NCBI GenBank assembly: GCA_046485285.1
Contig: JAWOHE010000052.1
Span: forward strand, 1-39,987
From: a bacterium
GTDB lineage: Bacteria; Hydrothermota; Tepidihabitantia; Tepidihabitantales; Tepidihabitantaceae
Direction of reading: 5' to 3'
Length of the DNA stretch: 39,987 bases
The translations under genes were made by a program, and so were the position numbers. How positions within the stretch are numbered: the stretch's first letter is position 1; each line of letters starts with the position of its first letter. Below the pieces are notes generated by a model that did not search any database, was not told where the DNA came from, and worked only from the letters and a program-made list of their open reading frames with translations. Shown piece after piece: positions 36,320 to 39,987 of this stretch.

Positions 36320-37052
36320 CCGGCGGCTCGCCCGGCCGGTCCGAGAAATCCCGGAGCGCCGGGTGGCGGCGGAAGCTCTGGGCGGCGTGGAGCCGGGTCG
36401 CGCGGAAGAATATCACCCAGGTCAGCGCGGCGTAGACCGGCAGGACCAGCAGCATCAGCGGCCGGCGGTCGAGCGCGAAGATGATGAAGTCGTAGACGCC
36501 GTGGGCGAGGACCGCGAGCCCTAGCCCGGCGAGCTGGAGCCCGGCGGCCCGGAGCCGCGTGCCGGCGAACTTTGCCTCGCCCAGCCAGTAGCCCATCAGC
36601 ACGCCGTAGAAGGCGTGGCCGGGCACCGCGAGCAGGGCGCGCAGGACGCCGACCCCGAACCCGCCCGCGTAGACGTAGAGCAGGTTCTCGACGGTCGCGA
36701 AGCCGAGCGCGGCGGTCACCGCGTACATTATCCCGTCGTAGGGCTCGTCGAACTCGGGCCGGTCGTAGGCGACGAGCCGGACGACGACGAACTTCCAGCC
36801 CTCCTCGACCATCCCGACGACGAGGAGCGCGCCGACGAACCGGGCGAGCAGGCTCGGCGCGGACGACGTCCAGCCGGTCATCTGCTGGAGCGCGTAGGAG
36901 GTCGCCATCGCCGGGACGAGGGCGGCCGCGCCGAGCGCGAAGACGAGCAGGAGGAGCCGGAGCGGTTCCTTCTTGTAGCGGTCGCGGAGGTAGAAGAAGA
37001 CGCCGAGCGCGAGCGCCGGGGCGAGGGCGACCGCGGCGAGCGAGAGCAGCAT
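36294..37052 (-). CDS. prsW: PrsW-family intramembrane metalloprotease
   Basis: DRYKKEP, VEEGWKF, FDEPYDG, GFATVEN, GHA, HGVYD. Confidence 0.87.
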   Translation of the reverse strand: MLLSLAAVALAPALALGVFFYLRDRYKKEPLRLLLLVFALGAAALVPAMATSYALQQMTGWTSSAPSLLARFVGALLVVGMVEEGWKFVVVRLVAYDRPEFDEPYDGIMYAVTAALGFATVENLLYVYAGGFGVGVLRALLAVPGHAFYGVLMGYWLGEAKFAGTRLRAAGLQLAGLGLAVLAHGVYDFIIFALDRRPLMLLVLPVYAALTWVIFFRATRLHAAQSFRRHPALRDFSDRPGEPPVSPPAPRG

Positions 37053-37360
37053 CAGGCGGCCGCGCGGCCCGGGCGCGGGTTCAAGCCGGCCCTGTCCGCG
37101 ACGCGCGGGGGTAGGAGCGGCTTCCAGGCCGCGATGTCCGTCCGGCCCGCAGGCGCAGGGCGCGCAGGGCCGCGCCCAGCCCAGGGGTGAGGACGAAGGT
37201 CGAGGCCGGAGTTTCCTTCATTGGATTTCCAAAGGCGAGTTTAGCGCAAACGCCGGCGGCGTGCAAGGGGCAGGATGGCGCAAACCGGGGCAGGGCGGGC
37301 AGTTAGGCGGGTCGGCGCGCCGCACTCGGGGCGGATTCCGCGGGGAGAGCCGCTCGCGGT

Positions 37361-37389
37361 TTGACCGCGCGGCGCATTGCGGCTAGAAT
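37361..37389 (+). promoter_or_regulatory. Putative sigma70 promoter
   Basis: TTGACC-N17-TAGAAT upstream of the glycosyltransferase. Confidence 0.55.
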
Positions 37390-37421
37390 AGCAGACTTCG
37401 CTTAGCAACATCATCAGGACT

Positions 37422-39692
37422 ATGAGGAACAGCAAGACCGGGTTCGGCAAGGTCGCCTTCATCGGCAACTACGTGCCGAGACGCTGCGGCATCGCGACGT
37501 TCACGGCCGACATCTGCGAGTCGATGGCGCGCGAGGCGCCGGACATCGAGTTCCTGACCGCGGCGATGAACGACCGGGTCGAGGGCTACGACTACCCGGA
37601 CCGGGTGCGGTTCGAAGTCGCCCAGAACGACGTCGCCGAGTATCGCCAGCTCGCCGACTTCCTGAACATGGGCCGGGTCGACCTGGTCTGCATCCAGCAC
37701 GAGTACGGCATCTTTGGCGGCCCGGCCGGCAGCCACCTGCTGATGACCCAGCGCCGCCTGCGGATGCCGGTCGTGACGACCCTCCACACGGTCCTGCGCG
37801 AGCCCGACGACCAGCAGCGCAAGACGCTGACCGAAGTCTGCCAGCTTTCCGACCGCGTCATCGTGATGAGCGAGCTCTGCCGCCGGCTCCTCGGCGAGGT
37901 CTACGGCGTGCCGGAGGCCAAGATCGACCTCATCCACCACGGCATCCCGGACATCCCGTTCGTCGACCCGAACTACTACAAGGACCTGTTCGGCGTCGAG
38001 GGCCGCCGGGTGATGCTGACCTTCGGCCTCCTGTCGCCGAGCAAGGGCATCGAGAACGTCATCAAGGCACTGCCGGCGATCAGCGAGCGGTACCCGGACA
38101 TCGTCTACCTCGTGCTCGGCGTCACCCACCCGCACGTCAAGCGCGAGAAGGGCGAGGAGTACCGCGTCGAGCTCCAGCGCCTCGCCCGCGACCTCGGGGT
38201 CCAGGACCACGTCGTCTTTCACAACCGGTTCGTGGACATCGACGAGCTCTGCCGCTTCCTCGGCGCGGCCGACGTCTACATCACGCCCTATCTCAACCCG
38301 GCCCAGGCGGTGTCCGGGACCCTCGCCTACTCGCTCGGCTCGGGCAAGGCGGTCGTCTCGACGCCCTACTGGTACGCCGAGGAACTGCTCGCCGAGGGCC
38401 GCGGCCGGGTCGTGCCGTTCCGCGACCCGGGAGCGATTGCCGCGACGACGGTCGAACTCTTCGCCAACGAGGCCGAGCGGCACATCATGCGCAAGCAGGC
38501 CTACGCGTTCGGCCGCCGGATGATCTGGAAGGAAGTCGCGCGGGACTACCTGGCCTGCTTCCAGCGCGCCGCCGGGGAGCGGCTGCGCGGCCCGGTGCTG
38601 GTCGACCGCGTCGCGGTCGAGGACCCGCTCGACATGGCCCTGCCCGAGCTCAACCTCGACCACCTGCTCACCCTCACCGACGACACCGGCATCATCCAGC
38701 ACGCCCGCAACACCGTGCCCAACCTGAGCGAAGGCTACACGATCGACGACAACATCCGGGCGCTGATCGTCGTCCTGCGCGCGCAGGCGCACGACAAGGA
38801 CACCGCGCTCCTCCGCCGGCTGACCGGCCGGTACCTCGCCTTTGTCGCCTACGCCTTCAACCGCGACAACGGCCGCTTCCGCAATTTCCTCGGCTACGAC
38901 CGCCGCTGGCTCGAGGCCGCCGGGTCCGAGGACGCCCACGGCCGGGCGCTCTGGGGGCTCGGCTACGCGATCCGGGCCTCGCGCGACGACGCCTTCGTCG
39001 CGCTGGCGATGAACCTCTTCGACGCGGCCCTGCCCGCAGTCGAGCTCTTCACCAGCCCCCGGGCCTGGGCCTACACCCTGCTCGGCCTGTCCTACTACGC
39101 CCGGCGCTTCCCCGGCGCCAGCAACGCCAGCCGGGTCCGCGACGCACTGGCCAAGCGCCTGCTCGCGCAGTACCGGGCCGGCGCCGGCGACGACTGGCCG
39201 TGGTTCGAGCGGGCGCTTGCCTACGGCAACGCCCGGCTCAGCCAGGCGCTCATCCGCGCCGGCGCCGACCTCGCCAACGAGGAGATGACCCGGGCCGGGC
39301 TCGAATCGCTGGAATGGCTGGTCCGGATGCAGACCGCCGCGGCCGGCAACTTCTCGCCCGTCCCAAATACCGGCTGGCAGTGCGGCAAGCCGCGGTCGCA
39401 CTTCGACCAGCAGCCGATCGAGGCCCAGTGCACCGTCGAGGCCTGCTTCCGGGCCTGGCGCGTCACCGGCGAGCGCCGCTGGCGCGAGCGGATGAGCCTC
39501 GCCTTCGAGTGGTTCCTCGGCCGCAACGACCTCGGCCGGCCGCTCTACGACTACGCCAGCGGCGGCTGTCATGACGGGCTCCACCCGCAGGGCGTCAGCG
39601 CCAACGAAGGCGCCGAGTCGACGCTCGCCTTCCTCGGCGCCCTGCTGACGATGCGCCACGCCGAGACCGCCGACGCGGAGGAGGGAGCATGA
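37422..39692 (+). CDS. GT4 glycosyltransferase with C-terminal alpha/alpha-barrel (glycosidase-like) domain
   Basis: PRRCGIATF, QHEYGIFGG, FGLLSPSKGIE, SGTL; C-terminal DDTGIIQHA, GYTIDDN, FDQQP, NEGAES. Confidence 0.85.
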   Translation: MRNSKTGFGKVAFIGNYVPRRCGIATFTADICESMAREAPDIEFLTAAMNDRVEGYDYPDRVRFEVAQNDVAEYRQLADFLNMGRVDLVCIQHEYGIFGGPAGSHLLMTQRRLRMPVVTTLHTVLREPDDQQRKTLTEVCQLSDRVIVMSELCRRLLGEVYGVPEAKIDLIHHGIPDIPFVDPNYYKDLFGVEGRRVMLTFGLLSPSKGIENVIKALPAISERYPDIVYLVLGVTHPHVKREKGEEYRVELQRLARDLGVQDHVVFHNRFVDIDELCRFLGAADVYITPYLNPAQAVSGTLAYSLGSGKAVVSTPYWYAEELLAEGRGRVVPFRDPGAIAATTVELFANEAERHIMRKQAYAFGRRMIWKEVARDYLACFQRAAGERLRGPVLVDRVAVEDPLDMALPELNLDHLLTLTDDTGIIQHARNTVPNLSEGYTIDDNIRALIVVLRAQAHDKDTALLRRLTGRYLAFVAYAFNRDNGRFRNFLGYDRRWLEAAGSEDAHGRALWGLGYAIRASRDDAFVALAMNLFDAALPAVELFTSPRAWAYTLLGLSYYARRFPGASNASRVRDALAKRLLAQYRAGAGDDWPWFERALAYGNARLSQALIRAGADLANEEMTRAGLESLEWLVRMQTAAAGNFSPVPNTGWQCGKPRSHFDQQPIEAQCTVEACFRAWRVTGERRWRERMSLAFEWFLGRNDLGRPLYDYASGGCHDGLHPQGVSANEGAESTLAFLGALLTMRHAETADAEEGA

Positions 39693-39987
39693 TCGACGAC
39701 GGCCAGCTCTTCCAGCGCCTTCCCGGCAACCCGATCCTGACCGCGGCGCAGTGGCCGCACACCGTCAACGCCGTGTTCAATCCCGGCGCGGCCCTGATGC
39801 CCGACGGCACCACCCTCCTGCTCTGCCGGGTCGAGGACCGCCGCGGCATCTCCTGCCTCTGGGCCGCCCGCTCCGAGGACGGCGTCTCCGGCTGGCAGAT
39901 TGACCCCGGGCCGGTGCTCTTCCCGGACCCGCAGAACCACCCGGAGGAGACCTGGGGCGTCGAAGACCCGAGGATCGTCTGGCTCGA
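39689..39987 (+). CDS. GH130-family glycosidase/phosphorylase (runs off window end)
   Basis: NPIL..NAVFNPGA..LCRVEDRRGIS..WGVEDPRI. ATG overlaps the GT4 stop. Confidence 0.8.
   Translation, partial: MIDDGQLFQRLPGNPILTAAQWPHTVNAVFNPGAALMPDGTTLLLCRVEDRRGISCLWAARSEDGVSGWQIDPGPVLFPDPQNHPEETWGVEDPRIVWL

Overview
High-GC bacterial window. T9SS-type C-terminal domains and a bat operon suggest an FCB-related lineage such as WOR-3 (inference only). The left ~14.7 kb is one minus-strand cluster containing a complete diversity-generating retroelement (DGR): avd, template repeat (TR) and reverse transcriptase, plus three FGE-sulfatase/CLec-fold target genes whose variable repeats (VRs) differ from the TR almost only at TR adenines. 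The DGR sits inside a eukaryotic-like Ser/Thr signalling cluster with two membrane Hanks kinases, a membrane PP2C phosphatase, an FHA-FHA-ABC transporter, PASTA and LEA_2 proteins and a four-helix-bundle gene. One target is the predicted extracytoplasmic domain of a receptor kinase, one is a secreted protein about 9 kb from the TR, and one has an in-frame TAG at the edge of its VR. Heptamer repeat arrays run through the cluster. The rest looks like ordinary chromosome: two T9SS-type paralogs, HK/RR-trkA-trkA-trkH, moxR-DUF58-batABCDE, a UvrD-family helicase, ribokinase, a transaldolase-family protein, PrsW, a GT4 glycosyltransferase and a partial GH130 gene. All family calls come from motif recognition by eye; no database searches were run.
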